Positions 51,335 to 63,837 of a stretch of DNA of 64,000 nucleotides are shown in pieces. The stretch is from assembly GCF_018977255.1 (NCBI RefSeq), contig NW_024704742.1, positions 98,396,001 through 98,460,000 on the forward strand, given 5' to 3'. The notes below the pieces were generated by a model. That model did not search any database. It saw nothing but the letters and a program-made list of their open reading frames with translations, and was not told the DNA's origin. Both the position numbers and the translations under genes were made by a program. Each line of letters begins with the position of its first letter. Position 1 is the stretch's first letter. The stretch is from Callorhinchus milii (taxonomy: Eukaryota).

Positions 51335-51618
51335 AATGAGCCGCCATTGGTGGTTGGTCCTTCAACTTTTATCTTCCCATCTCTGGAACTCCATCGCAGA
51401 GCCCCTACACCTAGCTCATTCCCTGTGCATCCTTCAAGGTCCGTCTCAAGACCTTCCTCTTTGACCGTGCCTTCAGTCATCTTTCCACCCTCAAAACCCC
51501 TGCTCTCCACCACTCTTGAATTCAACCCCAGCTCGGGTAAAACCCTTGACTGTCCAGTGCCTTGGGACGTCCTCCCAATGAAAAAAAGCACATAGAAGTG
51601 CAATTTATTATTGTTGTT
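51335..51618 (+). mobile_element. L2 3' end
   Basis: LWNS and FKVRLKTFLF motifs; ccttgggacgtcctcccaatgaaa tail. Confidence 0.82.
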
Positions 51619-51982
51619 AAAAAAAATTCTTGCTTCTTTCTTCAGGGTTTTATGTCTGTTTCTTGTTGGTACTGTTATTTCTGTCACCTAGTACACTCGC
51701 TTTCAGGAAACACAGAGCAATGTGCTTTTCTAGGTGCTGCTATCTAAGGTGCTTGTAAGCCTGAATGATCTGAATATTCGTATTATTATCTGTTACCAGT
51801 ATTTACCGCACTGCTATTTAATAAAATTCAGAATTGCTTTTTTTTGTTTTCAATGCACTGCTGTCACCTTCATTAGTTCTGGCAAGACAAGATACAGTAG
51901 CTAGGAGCATCTGACTCTCCAAATTCAATGTCAATGCTTTGCTTGAGTCAGATTGCATTCACTTTTTGGGAGGAAATGCAGG

Positions 51983-52104
51983 AGGGTGCAAATTTCACCT
52001 GGAACTACATTTTCTCTGTTGAGAAGACTGAATTCAAAAATTTGCCAAATCCTGAAATCTGAAACACCGATTTAATAGAGTAAATGTAGGTGGATTTTCA
52101 CCCT
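51983..52104. mobile_element. Palindromic MITE-like element, internally deleted copy 4
   Basis: agggtgcaaatttcacct ... aggtggattttcaccct; aagactgaattcaaaaatttgccaaat shared with 7121-7150. Confidence 0.65.
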
Positions 52105-52119
52105 GGAGATATAATTATC

Positions 52120-52495
52120 ATCAATGATAATAATCCTTGCATTTTAAATATTGCTGATCATATCATCAAAGCATCTTAAAGCAATTCACAGTTTTACTAT
52201 AAGTGTAGTGACTATGTATTTGGTAGAGAAATGCAGCAGCCAATTTGTGTGCAATCATATTCCCCAATCGGAAATGAAGTGAATGACTAATTTTTTTTCT
52301 GGAGGATTTTTGACCAGACACATCTTTTTTGAATAGTGCCATGGGATCCTTAATGTTCATCTGACCAGGCAGAAAGGACCTTGGTTTAACATCTCATCAC
52401 ACCTCTGATAAGGCAGCTCTCCTCTAGCACAGCTTGGAGTGTCAGCACAGACCATGAGTCTAAAGTTCAAGTATGCTACCAACTGAGCCAGGCTG
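52120..52495 (-). mobile_element. Deu-domain SINE (family B)
   Basis: aatagtgccatgggatccttaatgttcatctgaccaggcaga...ctaccaactgagcca. Confidence 0.85.
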
Positions 52496-53599
52496 AAACG
52501 TTGATAGCCTTATATCATACTGCATTTTCCATCACATATTGCATTTAGAGATGTTTTGGATACCTTGTTCTTTTGTTTCATTGCTGAAGCAAATGGAAAG
52601 TAAAAATTGCAATCATCTTATAGAAACAAGCAGGAATGTAATGATGTGGGACTGATTTGTGGAATTGAAAACCTTTACGTGGATGTTTGTTAGCTTGATT
52701 AATTGCATGCTACTAACTGTCTGATAAAATACCAGTTACCGTGCAAGGCATGTTGCTACTGTTTACTTACGTGGGAATTAGGTACGCCAGAATGGCAAAG
52801 ACACAAAAGCACAAATATACCATATGGCACACTATAAATAATAACAGTATCTATCTACAACTGAAGAATAGTGCAACGCACATTCAACAACAACAAAATT
52901 AAATTTATATAGTGCCTTTCACATCAGAAGGACATCCGAAGAAACAACAAACGCACACACAAAAATTCAGAAGCAACACAAAAGGAAATAACAGTTTGTT
53001 GTCTTTCAGAACCTACTCTTGTCTAATCAGATTCAGCTCAATGACTGTCGCCGAGAATGCAGGTTTACCAGTCACTGCTATGAAACTGGTGAGGGTTACA
53101 CATTTAGCATTTACTTAAACACTCAGGGCTGAATTTTATTATCAGCACCAGTGGGATGCTAATAGCTTTTTCCTCACGCCCCAGTGAAACCATGCTACTG
53201 TTTGGTGATGCGCTCCAAGATACAGCACCGCTGGTTAAATATGCAAATGTTTGTTTAAATCAAGCTCAGGTTTACTCACTGCAGACATCCTATTTTGTTG
53301 TGAAGATTCGGAAGGGGTGATAAATTTGTGAGCAATCCAAATTTGTACTATGAGTGTTGCCAGATATACTTGAATAACACAACACATGTAACTTTGGACC
53401 CAAGGTCCATCAGGAATATGATGATTTTTAATACACAAGAATGTTAGTGCTGTAGTTCAATGGAGGATACTATACCACAGTGGTGGGTGTTAGACCTTGT
53501 TGTTGGGTGACAGACCTCAATGATAGGTGATAGACATTAGTGGTGTGTGATATGCCTCTGTCCTGGAGCGTACATTTCCATGTTACTATAAAGTGCAAG

Positions 53600-53920
53600 C
53601 AATGTTGCTAGCCCTACGTTGGGACTTTGTACTCATTTACTAGGCTGATACTCAAATGTAATACTGGGGAAGTGCTGCAATGTTGGAGATGCCGTGCTTC
53701 AGTTGAGGCATTAAACTGAGATCCAGATATCTGGTCAGGTAAATGTTAAAGGTTTCATGGTTGTTTTTGAAAATTAGTTTCTCCCATTATCCTGGTCAAC
53801 AATCCTCCAGATGAAATTTGGTCATTGACTTCATGGATTTTTTTTGGTACATTGCTGTGCATGTTTTGAGACATTTTGACCATGTGATAAAGTGCAATAT
53901 CAAATACAATAATTATTATT
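53600..53920 (+). mobile_element. Deu-domain SINE (family B), old
   Basis: taggctgatactc...atactggggaagtgctgcaatgttggag...cctggtcaacaatcc. Confidence 0.78.
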
Positions 53921-56108
53921 TAAGAGAATGCTTATTAATATTTTTTTAATTTAAACATACATCATATTAATCTTGTTGCAAAAGAATGGCATTCCACTTG
54001 TATTATTTTTTACCAAATTATCATTAAACTTATTCCAAATTCCTAAATTGACGACTTTTAGAAATTGGTTAAATAAACTGAATTATTTTGTATTGGGAGC
54101 TATAATATTTTTTAAAAATAGTATTTTTAAGATCTTTTAAAAAATAAACTAAAAAATCTTTATAGAGCTGGTTTACTCTGAGAAACGTCCTATTAGGTTT
54201 ACTCTGAGATATATCTCTCAGTTATTGTAATATTTTATATTATTTGAAATAGTATCTGAATAATCAAGGAAAATAGGATTACCTTTACATAGGTGACGAG
54301 ATTATTTGTTGTGGAGAAGGAAGACGAAAATGTAAAAATACAACATTTTTGCTGAAGAACAGCAGCTGAAGTTCCGTATATGAAACAGCTGAACTCAGGA
54401 TTCTTTTGTTTAAACAGTGGACCGTTTCTATGTTGCATGTAGCATGCTTGCTGACAGAGTACTTAGAGTGTCCCCAACGCTGGCCTGCACGCTTTAGCAC
54501 TAAAATCTTAATGTATCTATTAATTTTTTACGTTTGATCTTAAAAGAGGCTCAAAGCACATTTTAAAACAGGATTGTGCTGCTTTAGTGCCGAGTAAGAA
54601 AGATTGTGGGGCTGATTTGAGCCTCTGGAGGCTAGCTGGCTGCCTGGCAGCGTTCACGCTCATGGATTTGACTATAATCTGTGATGATTTAAATTAATTC
54701 ATCTCAGCAGTTGGCCAAGCTCAGACATAAAACTGAAATGTCAGAAGGTGGTAGCTTAAGCAATAAATCTTTAAAATCTTAAAAGGCAGTCCTGCCAGTG
54801 AACTGAACAGACATTGGGAGTATGCCGATCACTTAAGAATATTTGAGTTGTAATCGGCTGTAACAGTAGATCATACAATGGTGGCTTTGTTAATTTTTTT
54901 TGTTAATCTAGCACCTTTAATAATGTAACAATTTTAAAATTCACTTTGTTGACTTTGCTCTCTACCCCCCTCTCCTCTCCACCCACCCGCACCCCCTCAC
55001 CACACGTAATTGCCTTAAAAAGCATATTAATATTCTGTGGCCAGATTATCTTACTGTGGTGCCTTGATCTATGGTTTTCATGTTTTCTTTTGATTGTTAT
55101 GTGAAACATTCCTTCAAATAAGTTGTTTGTGCTGTGAATGACTGCAGCAGTCTTAAGACAACACAAATAGGACAGGGTACTTGGCTTTTAATGGATAAAA
55201 AGGGTAGTTGTTACCAATGGTTTGAACTCAACTAACCCTTGTACATATGGGATGGTTGGATCACGTGAGTAAATAAATGGTGACATTGAATCAAACAATT
55301 AAAATTAATTATAATTAATAATTATATACCTTGCACTATAACACAGCCATGTGCCATTTGAGTTTTTCTCTGCAGTGCAAGAGGTAGGTGTGGAGGGATT
55401 TGGTGACACCTTTTCTTGGAGCTTTGCCTTTGCAGCTCTTGGACCAGACATGTGGATATATCTCAATTACCCTGGTACAAAAGTCCTATTGAAGCAATGC
55501 TTCAGGTATACGTCATCAAGCTGTGGGATCAGTTTTAAGGCAATGTAAAAATGGTCCAGGACTCTGGATGTATTTAAAAAACACAGTTTGATGCTGTGAT
55601 GAGAAGATAGTTGGATGGGTAAGGACTTTCTTCATCCAAACCAATCTTGTTATCATGTGATTGCTTCGGCCTTCATTAAAACCCATCTCTCTGCTAACAC
55701 TGGCAATGTAAACTCCAGCAGTTCACTCACTGACTGTGCTGCAGTCCTCCCTTGCTCCCCAGTGGGATGTTTAAACAACAGTCTGGTAATCGTAGAGATG
55801 CACACGTAGAGATTTAATTGCAACGAATGTGCTTTAGTATTACAGCAGAAGAGTTACGCCATTTTAAAAAGTAATTAAATTCTACTGTGAATGCACATTT
55901 TTAATGCTGCTTGCATTATGTGCGAGTCAAAATGAATGGTAGACACCCCCTGTGGTGCATGTTCATGAATCCGCCAATATACAGTGGACAGGAAGTGAGA
56001 TTAGAACCAATCTCATAGTACAGTGAGATAGGGTCTTGTTTGTAGCTAGTGTAAACACATTAGAAGTGGTTTCAATTTGTTTCAGAAAAACTTCTTTACA
56101 AGGATTCA

Positions 56109-56324
56109 GGGGGCTGATATTCCACCTCGTCTTTGCTCCATGTAAACCCATTTTGCCTTAAAATTTAAGACTGCTCAGAATTGTGTAAAAAAATGTTTCT
56201 TTTCAAGAACTGCAGTAAAGCAGCTTCTAAATTCAAACTGAATTAAGCATTTTCCACAGTTTAGTGCAATCTTAAATTTTAAGACAAGATTGCCTTACGA
56301 AGACTAGGTGGAATTTTGGACCTC
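56109..56324. mobile_element. Palindromic MITE-like element, divergent copy 5
   Basis: attccacct.gtctt / aagactaggtggaat; cttaaaatttaaga / tcttaaattttaag. Confidence 0.65.
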
Positions 56325-56439
56325 CGTGATGCCTTAATCCTGGTTCAGAATTCAGAAATGTGCTACCTCATTTATTGGAGCTTTTATGTTTCTGCTGGTA
56401 GGTGGCTCTGCAGAAGAGCTGTCCCTCTTTTGTCCTTTC

Positions 56440-56840
56440 GATAACTGTGAATATTTGTATCTTTATTTCTTGGGTAGCCAATTTGCACACAGCAATGTCC
56501 CACAAACAGTCATGAAATGAGTAATCATTTTTTGTCTGTGAGATTGTTGACCAGGACACTGGGAGAAACTCCAACCTCTTTTATTATAGTACTATGGGAT
56601 TCTTAATGTCTATTTTGATAGGCCAACAGTTTAACATTTGATATTTAATATCTCATATCTGAAGTTTTAATATCTTATTCCAAGGACAGCACCTCCAACA
56701 ATTAGCCCCTCTACCCCCTCTATCCAGCACTGTATTGGAGTGTCAGTCTAGACTATGTAAGTTCCAAATACCGACATATGGCTTAAGCCCACAACTTTCT
56801 GACTTGGAGAGCAAGTGGGCTATCAACTGAGCCAGACTGA
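56440..56840 (-). mobile_element. Deu-domain SINE (family B)
   Basis: gaccaggacactgggagaaactcc...ggagtgtcagtctaga...tatcaactgagcca. Confidence 0.85.
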
Positions 56841-57709
56841 ATTTAGATCACGTAATTCACATCAGATTTAACCTCAAGAGTTTTATATCATGAAAAGCAC
56901 GGTATAAATTTGACAGAGAATGTTTTTATTTCCTATATCCCTTCCCCCCCACAATGTGTATTGGGTTGACATTTCTCCTGTGTACATTTCTTTATCAATC
57001 TGGCTGACTCTCATATTGTAAAGCCTGCTTCGTGCTTCGGAGGAATTAGCATTCCGAGTTCAACGTAAATCTAATTTGCAAGCAACGATGCGCTGATGGA
57101 ATATCAATCTCAGGTGGAGAAATGTGAATCTTGAAAACAAAATACCTGACAAATGTGATTTTTGTTTGTGAGCTATCCTGATTCTGATCCTTCAAAGGGA
57201 ATAATCAAGTTTGAGTACCGTAGCTTCACTGCTCATTCCAAGGCTGAGAAATGCAAGCTCCACATCACAATCGACCTATCTGACCTGCGAGCACTCTATG
57301 CTGTTTCTTGCTTGGAAGCTAATAGGGAGCAACAATTATTGCAAAGTGTATAAATATTTAAATACTTACCATTTCCCTAGCATTCTTCAACACATTTCCT
57401 TTTCCACTGAGCAATCTAAAATCTCACAGGATATAAACAATTCAAGTATGGTCTAATTTGTGTAATCCTATGCGTCTGCATCGGTTTTAATATATGTCGT
57501 TCAAATACTTCAGCATTATCTTCTACTTTGCATTGGTTTATGCAGTAAGAATTAGCCAGATCCTAAAGTTATTGCTGCAAGTATAGCAATTGCAAGATTC
57601 TCCCATATGAACCTGTAATATATTCTGAAATAGGATCATGGGAATTTACAGAATGCACACTTTGGTCTATTTGACCAGTCCCAAAGTAGAATAAACAAAT
57701 AATCCTATA

Positions 57710-57995
57710 TTACTCTATCTCTCATACCTTTCAATTAATTTCTTCAGCAAACAAACATCTTGTTCCCTCTTGAATTTACTAACACAATCTGCCTCCACCA
57801 CTTTTCTAGGGAGCCCCTTCGGTATATGCACCACTGTCTGTGTAAAGTAATTAATTTTGAACTCTCTGTTCACCTTGCGTCTTCTACGTTTGAGTCTGTG
57901 TTCCCTTGTTGTAGATTTTTTGACCATGTTCAAAATATTATTAAGGCTTATGATCAATTTGTCTACGTCCTTTAGGATCTTGAATATTTCAATAT
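57710..57995 (-). mobile_element. CR1 LINE ORF2 C-terminal fragment
   Basis: ORF 57715-57999: IEIFKILKDVDK...TTREHRLK...NYFTQTVVHIPKGLPRKVVEADCVSKFKREQD. Confidence 0.85.
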
Positions 57996-59004
57996 TCACC
58001 CCACTGAGTGAATATTGCAGCTACCGTAGGCAATAGTTTGTGCTCCAAAGCTCCTCAATAGTGCCATGTTTAAGGAGGATGTTCGTTAATGTTACAATCA
58101 GTGTGTTAGTGACTAATTGTCCAGTTACATTTTATTGAGAAAAATTGTGTTTCTCCTATGGTGCATGGTGATAAATTCATAACCTAGCATTATTTTTTTC
58201 CATTTATTCACCAGAAATATAAAGAGTCCCCAGACTGAACATTGGCTGCCAGAAGTACAGAGCTAATTATTGCAATTCTAATTTTAGATTCTAATTTTCC
58301 TTCCAATTAGAATGAAAGAGCATATATAAGCAGGGTGAAAGCCCTGGTGTTTGGTATATAAACAAATCAGGAAATGAAACACAATGGTTGTCTTAAAAAA
58401 CATTGTGAATTTGTAAGAAAAAAATATGTTCATGTTTGATATTTATTAAGTAAATAAGCAATTGAAATTGAAATATATGAATACAGCCGATCATTAAGCA
58501 GAACAGCTTTTAAGAGCAAATATAAAAGAGATTCTATTAAAGGAGAAACAGATAATGTATCTGATATTGGGCCTACACTGTAGGCTTGTCTCATGTTACT
58601 CACAATGTAGACTGACATTTCCTTTTTTAGATACCCTTTCCTTTTTTTCTTACATTAGGCTTTAAACGATCAAATGGCTAACGGTGGGTTCAAATTGAGT
58701 CAGAGAACTGAACATAACCAAATTTGCTCTGCTTGGTTGAACCAATGTCATGCTTAACATGCATCAGCCGAAATGTCCGGTTCAATAAGATATCACACAA
58801 CCCAGCAGGGTAGCACTGCACATTCTCACACAAGCAGAGGGAGTCACTGCACTCCAGGACTGGCTGTTTGTTTGCCCTCTGAGAGATATAATCTTTCAGA
58901 GAATTAAATATCTGTACATCTGAGGCACTGTAAATAAAATGCCCTTTCACTAGCTCATTTTCCATCGTATTCACTAAAAATATAGAATATCTTTAGGATT
59001 TCTT

Positions 59005-59116
59005 TATTTTGCCCATAAAATATACAGTCAATTCACCGTTACCGTGTATTTTGTGAAGCGTTTTGAGACGTCTCAATGACATGATAAGGTGCTACATCAA
59101 ATGTGAAGATTATTAA
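59005..59116 (+). mobile_element. SINE 3' fragment
   Basis: atatacagtcaattcac...gtgaagcgttttgagacgtctcaatgacatgataagg. Confidence 0.8.
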
Positions 59117-59689
59117 TAGAATTAAAACTTATTAGAGATAGAAGCAAAACCATGGTTTTAATTAGAGTGATAGGCATCCAGATTAGATAGGGAAAACGTA
59201 GCTAGGATTCCAATTAAGTAATGACCAATATTAACCAACTCCTGCCTGATGTGCTTGTGTGAGTATTTATGGGGGATGGACATTTATTGGTCCAGTAGAC
59301 TACTTGATCTTGGTGAGGAATGCTTTTAATAGGATTCTTTGCACTGCTGAAAAAAATATGCTTTAAGTTTTCATTTGAAACTACCAGATTACAAATTAAT
59401 AAATGTCCAGGGCAAGATGTCTGAAGGCTTGCCCACTGATGGTGGGGCAGAGGCATGGAGCAGGCCAGCATTAAAAAAAAGCAGAGTGGGCTGGGGAATA
59501 GGAGGAGGAGATCGCAGTGAATGGATTTCATGTGTGAGCAGATTGTGCCTCTCCTGGTGGATTGTAAGAAGACCTTGCTTTATATTGACAGTGAAAGAGT
59601 AGGAGTTCTCTTTAATTATATGTCTCTATTGTGAGTGAATTTATGACAGCTTGTCTTGAAACTGTAATGGCATCTTTCACACAGTTAAA

Positions 59690-59955
59690 TGCCTCAACAA
59701 TTGAACACTCAGAAATAGGCTGGGAGCCCAAACAGGGTGTGGGTAAGAGAGAGACGACTGAAGGTGAAATCAGATAAGAAAGGGTTTCAAAGCAGAGAGA
59801 GAGGGTGAAAGGGAAAGGGATTTAGGGAGAGAGCTCCAGAGAGTGGCGGCAAGGTGGCTAAAGGGTAGCTTTTTGATGATGGGAGATGGGACATGGGACT
59901 TGAAGCAGGCCAGAGTTAGCAGAGCAGAAGAAATGAGCAGGGGGATAGGATTCAG
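59690..59955 (-). mobile_element. Old L2 3' fragment
   Basis: gggatttagggagagagctccagagagtggcggcaagg is the reverse of an LWSSLP-type motif. Confidence 0.55.
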
Positions 59956-61199
59956 GAAATTACAGTCAATCCACTGGGAGATGGAGAGCTAGTGGAGCCT
60001 TTCAGTGGAACTAGACTAATTTTGTTCATTTTCTTTTTTTTAAAAAAAGTCTTTCCTTTTAACCTGTACTGTTCTACAAGAGAAGCTTCTTGACAGCTTG
60101 TTGCATAAACCTCAAATTTCTGGAACGTGTGATTTGTGCATTCACCCTGCTGACCTCTGCACTTTGCTTCCTTGTCTCTGTATGTTTGTTTGCCAGGCAC
60201 CCAGCAGTGAAGAGCTGAGGTCAACAACAAGTTCCAAAAACATTTTATTTACACAAAACACACAGGGGCTGTACAAATTTACCTCATTTTTTACTTGCCT
60301 TAAAATCCTATTGTTTTTCCCTTGAGATTTGAAAGGCTGTGGTTTGTAGAGACTCTCCAGATGCATTTTAATGTGTGAAGGCACTGATATTTTCTCTACT
60401 CTTTCTTCATAAACTAATGTGGTTGAGCAGCAGAAACAAGGCTGAGAAAAAAGCATCTCTGATTGTGACCATTTGTGATCCATTTCATAAGATCATAAGA
60501 AAACATGGAATGTGGAACAATGCCATAACAATGCCATAACATGGCATTCACCCCAACCACTTTATCACCTGAGGTAAAACATTGTAAAACTTCATCCTAA
60601 AGTTCAAAGAAAATTAAGTAAAACAACAACAACAAGATTATTCACCCACCCGTCTGCACATTTCTAATATTCAACCATGATGTATTTTAGGCTTCTGCAG
60701 ACAACATTTCCTCCATCTTTCACTCTATCCGTCCCTTGAACAGCACAGAGTACATTGAGATGAAACATGTGATATTTGATGTCACTAATGATATCTCTGT
60801 TATTACCACTAATTCTAGTGATAATTATGATATCAGATTTTTATTAAATATTGAAACTTCAACAAATAGTTTTGCTAAAACTATTTGGATCAGTCATTGA
60901 TTCAGCCTGTGACATATTTAAATCTGCACATTGCAATACTTCACAGCCAACGAGCAAAATATCTGCTTAATAATAATCAAGGTTTGAAGCTGACTCTGAA
61001 AACTCTGGCCATCTCTTGGGATTCAGAACTTTGTTGCTACTTCCTGAGATAACATTTTAATTTTAATGAAATGACCCCATACAAGACTGAATCCCACATT
61101 AGACTGGACCCCAATACTCCAATAGTCTGTCGTCTCAGGCCCAATCCTGGAAGAGAATTCTTTTTGTTCCAGGGTGACATTTACTATTTCCCACATTAA

Positions 61200-61392
61200 C
61201 CACCCTGTAGCTCTGGAGTGAGATTATGCATGTAGTACCAGACCATGGACAATTTTATTCTACAAAAATCTTTCTTCATTAAAATCTGGGTTGAGATTGG
61301 CCAAACACTCACCACCCCTGCAGCCAGAGGACAGCCAGAGAGACAGAAGAGGCTTTCGTTTCATCAGTCTGGGCTGGATTGAAACCAAGGAA
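61200..61392 (-). mobile_element. LF-SINE-like 5' fragment
   Basis: Minus strand ggtttcaatccagcccagactgatgaaacgaaag...ggccaatctcaaccca resembles the LF-SINE head and 33670-33760. Confidence 0.5.
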
Positions 61393-61409
61393 TCAAACAT
61401 GTGTCCTGG

Positions 61410-61710
61410 ATAATAATATTCCTTGCATTTGACATAGGTGCCTTGAAGTGCCTCATCACCTCATGGAGACATCTCAAAATACTTCACAGGATTTACTGTA
61501 GATTGTAATACTGTGTATTTTGTAGGCGAATGTATCAGTCAATTTGCAATTTGGTGGTTCATCTGAAGGATAGCACCTCTGACAATGCAACACTTCCCCT
61601 AGCAATGGAATGTCAGCCAGTTTATGAGCTCAGAGTCCCAATAAGGGGGGAGGGGGGACTTGAACTCACAACTTTCTGCCTCAGAGGGTACTAACTGAGC
61701 CAGGTTGACA
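61410..61710 (-). mobile_element. Deu-domain SINE, internally deleted
   Basis: Tail plus catctgaaggatagcacctctgacaatgcaacac...ctaactgagcca. Confidence 0.78.
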
Positions 61711-62359
61711 CCATCTGGTGTTAAAGGCCAATGTGCTATCACATCCATTCTCCCCTATTTTATTTATTAAAATATTCTTGTTTTGTGTGTGGAGGTCATT
61801 TGGGTTGCAAAACATTCAAACATTCAATCATATATCCAAACAATCCTTAGATGTTAGTACATGTGTTTAAATATAATTCCCTTTTCACACCTGACTTTGT
61901 GGAAAGGCTCAGACATAAGGGGCTTGAACTCCATAATGCTAGCCTTCAAATTGGCAGCTACTTTCCCCTGTAATTTTCATGTAACATTAATAGAATTTAA
62001 TTTGTTAATATATTTCAATGAGGACGGTAAATGGAAATGAGGGGGAGGTCTGTGTCACATCTGATCTCTGTCATGCCTGATATAGTCGTGTTTGATCTGT
62101 CAATGAATGCACAGCGGAACATGCTTCATTTCCCCCCAGTGTTTGAATCCTTGATTCTGCACCAAAATAAAAATGCACCAGTCAATAAGATCTCTTGGGT
62201 CTCATAGAGACTTCTTCCCCAATGGACTTAATTCAAATTTTTAAGCAAATGTAAACAAGAAAGTATTTTCATGTTCCCTAGCAATCATATTGAAGGATGT
62301 ATTATTATTTTAGTGTGAAAGAAAAATTAGGGACTGTAATACTGGGGGAAATTAAACAT

Positions 62360-62600
62360 GTTCCTTATGCATTCATTGACAGATCAAGGGAGTTTCTCCT
62401 TGTGTCCTGGTCAACAATCGCTCCAGATAAAATTGATTATTCACTTCATGGCTGTTACTGGGACATTGTTGTGTGCAAATTGGTTGCTTCATTTGCCTAC
62501 AAATAAACAAACACTGCAGTTTACAGTAAATGCTGTGACACACTTTGACATGTTTGGATGAGGTGATAAGAAGCTAGAGCAAATGCAAGGTTTATTATTA
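62360..62600 (+). mobile_element. Deu-domain SINE 3' half
   Basis: aagggagtttctccttgtgtcctggtcaacaat...caaatgcaaggtttattatt. Confidence 0.8.
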
Positions 62601-63189
62601 ATCTTAAATTCAAACTAACACTTATAAAACACATCCATTTATTTTCACTCATTTTGCTAGATTCTACTTCTACTGTTGCCTTTGATTGTATTCTTTTTCA
62701 AAGTTCTACTAAACTTTACATGCAGACTTGTTGCTTATGTCCTAAATGAAGGTGATAAGAGAATAGAATGCCCACAGCTAGATCCAAAATAGAAACAGGT
62801 CTATTACATTTTGAAAATGTTCCTTTGAGTCTGGTTATGAAACTAATTTGAAGCCAGCACAGATGTCATCTGCGATAAATGTATAAGTTCATTGAAGCTC
62901 AGAAACTGATGAGGACTTGTTATACGTGCTGATTCTCAATCCCTAATGACAAGGCCTACCGACACTCCCCGGGTGCCATAATACATCGACTGAATTTTCA
63001 ACTGAAGCAAACTATCCCTTTCAAGGGGCTCTCATAGATTGTATTTCAAAGGTCTCTTTAGCAGGTTAGCTTTCTCCGAAAGGCTCCTGCTTTTATATAA
63101 GAAATGCAATGAAGAAATGTGGAAGTCTCTTATTACTATTGTCAATTCCATTAAGTAGGCTATAAGATAAATATAACATTTTGAAAAGT

Positions 63190-63470
63190 ACATTAAAGAG
63201 CTGAAAATGCACAGCAGAAGTATAAACCAATGCAGTCATTCAATAATGGAAGTAGAATTAATAGCATTGAAAAATGTCCCAAATCAGGTGAAAGTAAACT
63301 GAGCACAGAATATAAAGCTAAAGAGGTGATGCTTATAAGTTATTGATTAGATGGTAGAAATTTGCAGGAGTATGAGAAAAAGGAAAGTAAGTGAGACTGA
63401 ATGTCTCAAAGATCAAATGGCCTTGGACCAAATGGACTGAGTAGCCTTCTTCTATCTGCAAAGTTCTAAA
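63190..63470 (+). mobile_element. CR1 3' fragments, heavily decayed
   Basis: agaatataaagctaaagaggtgatgct and a caaatggactgagtagccttcttct-type CR1 3' end. Confidence 0.5.
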
Positions 63471-63837
63471 TAGCTGCACAACCATTCCATCTTATTATGT
63501 CTTATTACATCTGTTTATGGATTACATCTTCTGTGCCTGAACATTAGAGGAACAACTTTCATTGCACTGTGTTGTTTCACTTCCCACCCCTATATCCTAT
63601 ATCCTCTTCAAGCTGGTTTACCATATTACTGTTAATTTGTATTGAATTGTGGACTATTTTGTGATGTGAAACCACCTTCTGAGGAACAGAGGTGAAAATT
63701 GCAGTGTGTGTGATGTGTTAATTAACATCAGTGGTGCCTATTAACATATATAATTTGAAAAGCAAGCAAATGATAATTAACGCATTAATTCCTGAGTATG
63801 GACTAATTTCTGGATGTGCTGGAGATGCACTAATCTC

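Noticed and set aside
51040..51687. Longest ORF (215 aa)
   Set aside because: Chance read-through across an antisense L2 end and a Penelope-like fragment; no recognisable domain
52585..52606. + strand microexon caaatggaaa
   Set aside because: 10 nt, frame-shifting, weak donor gtaaaa
62905..62940. Second hammerhead core (ctgatgag)
   Set aside because: No stem II or downstream GAAA
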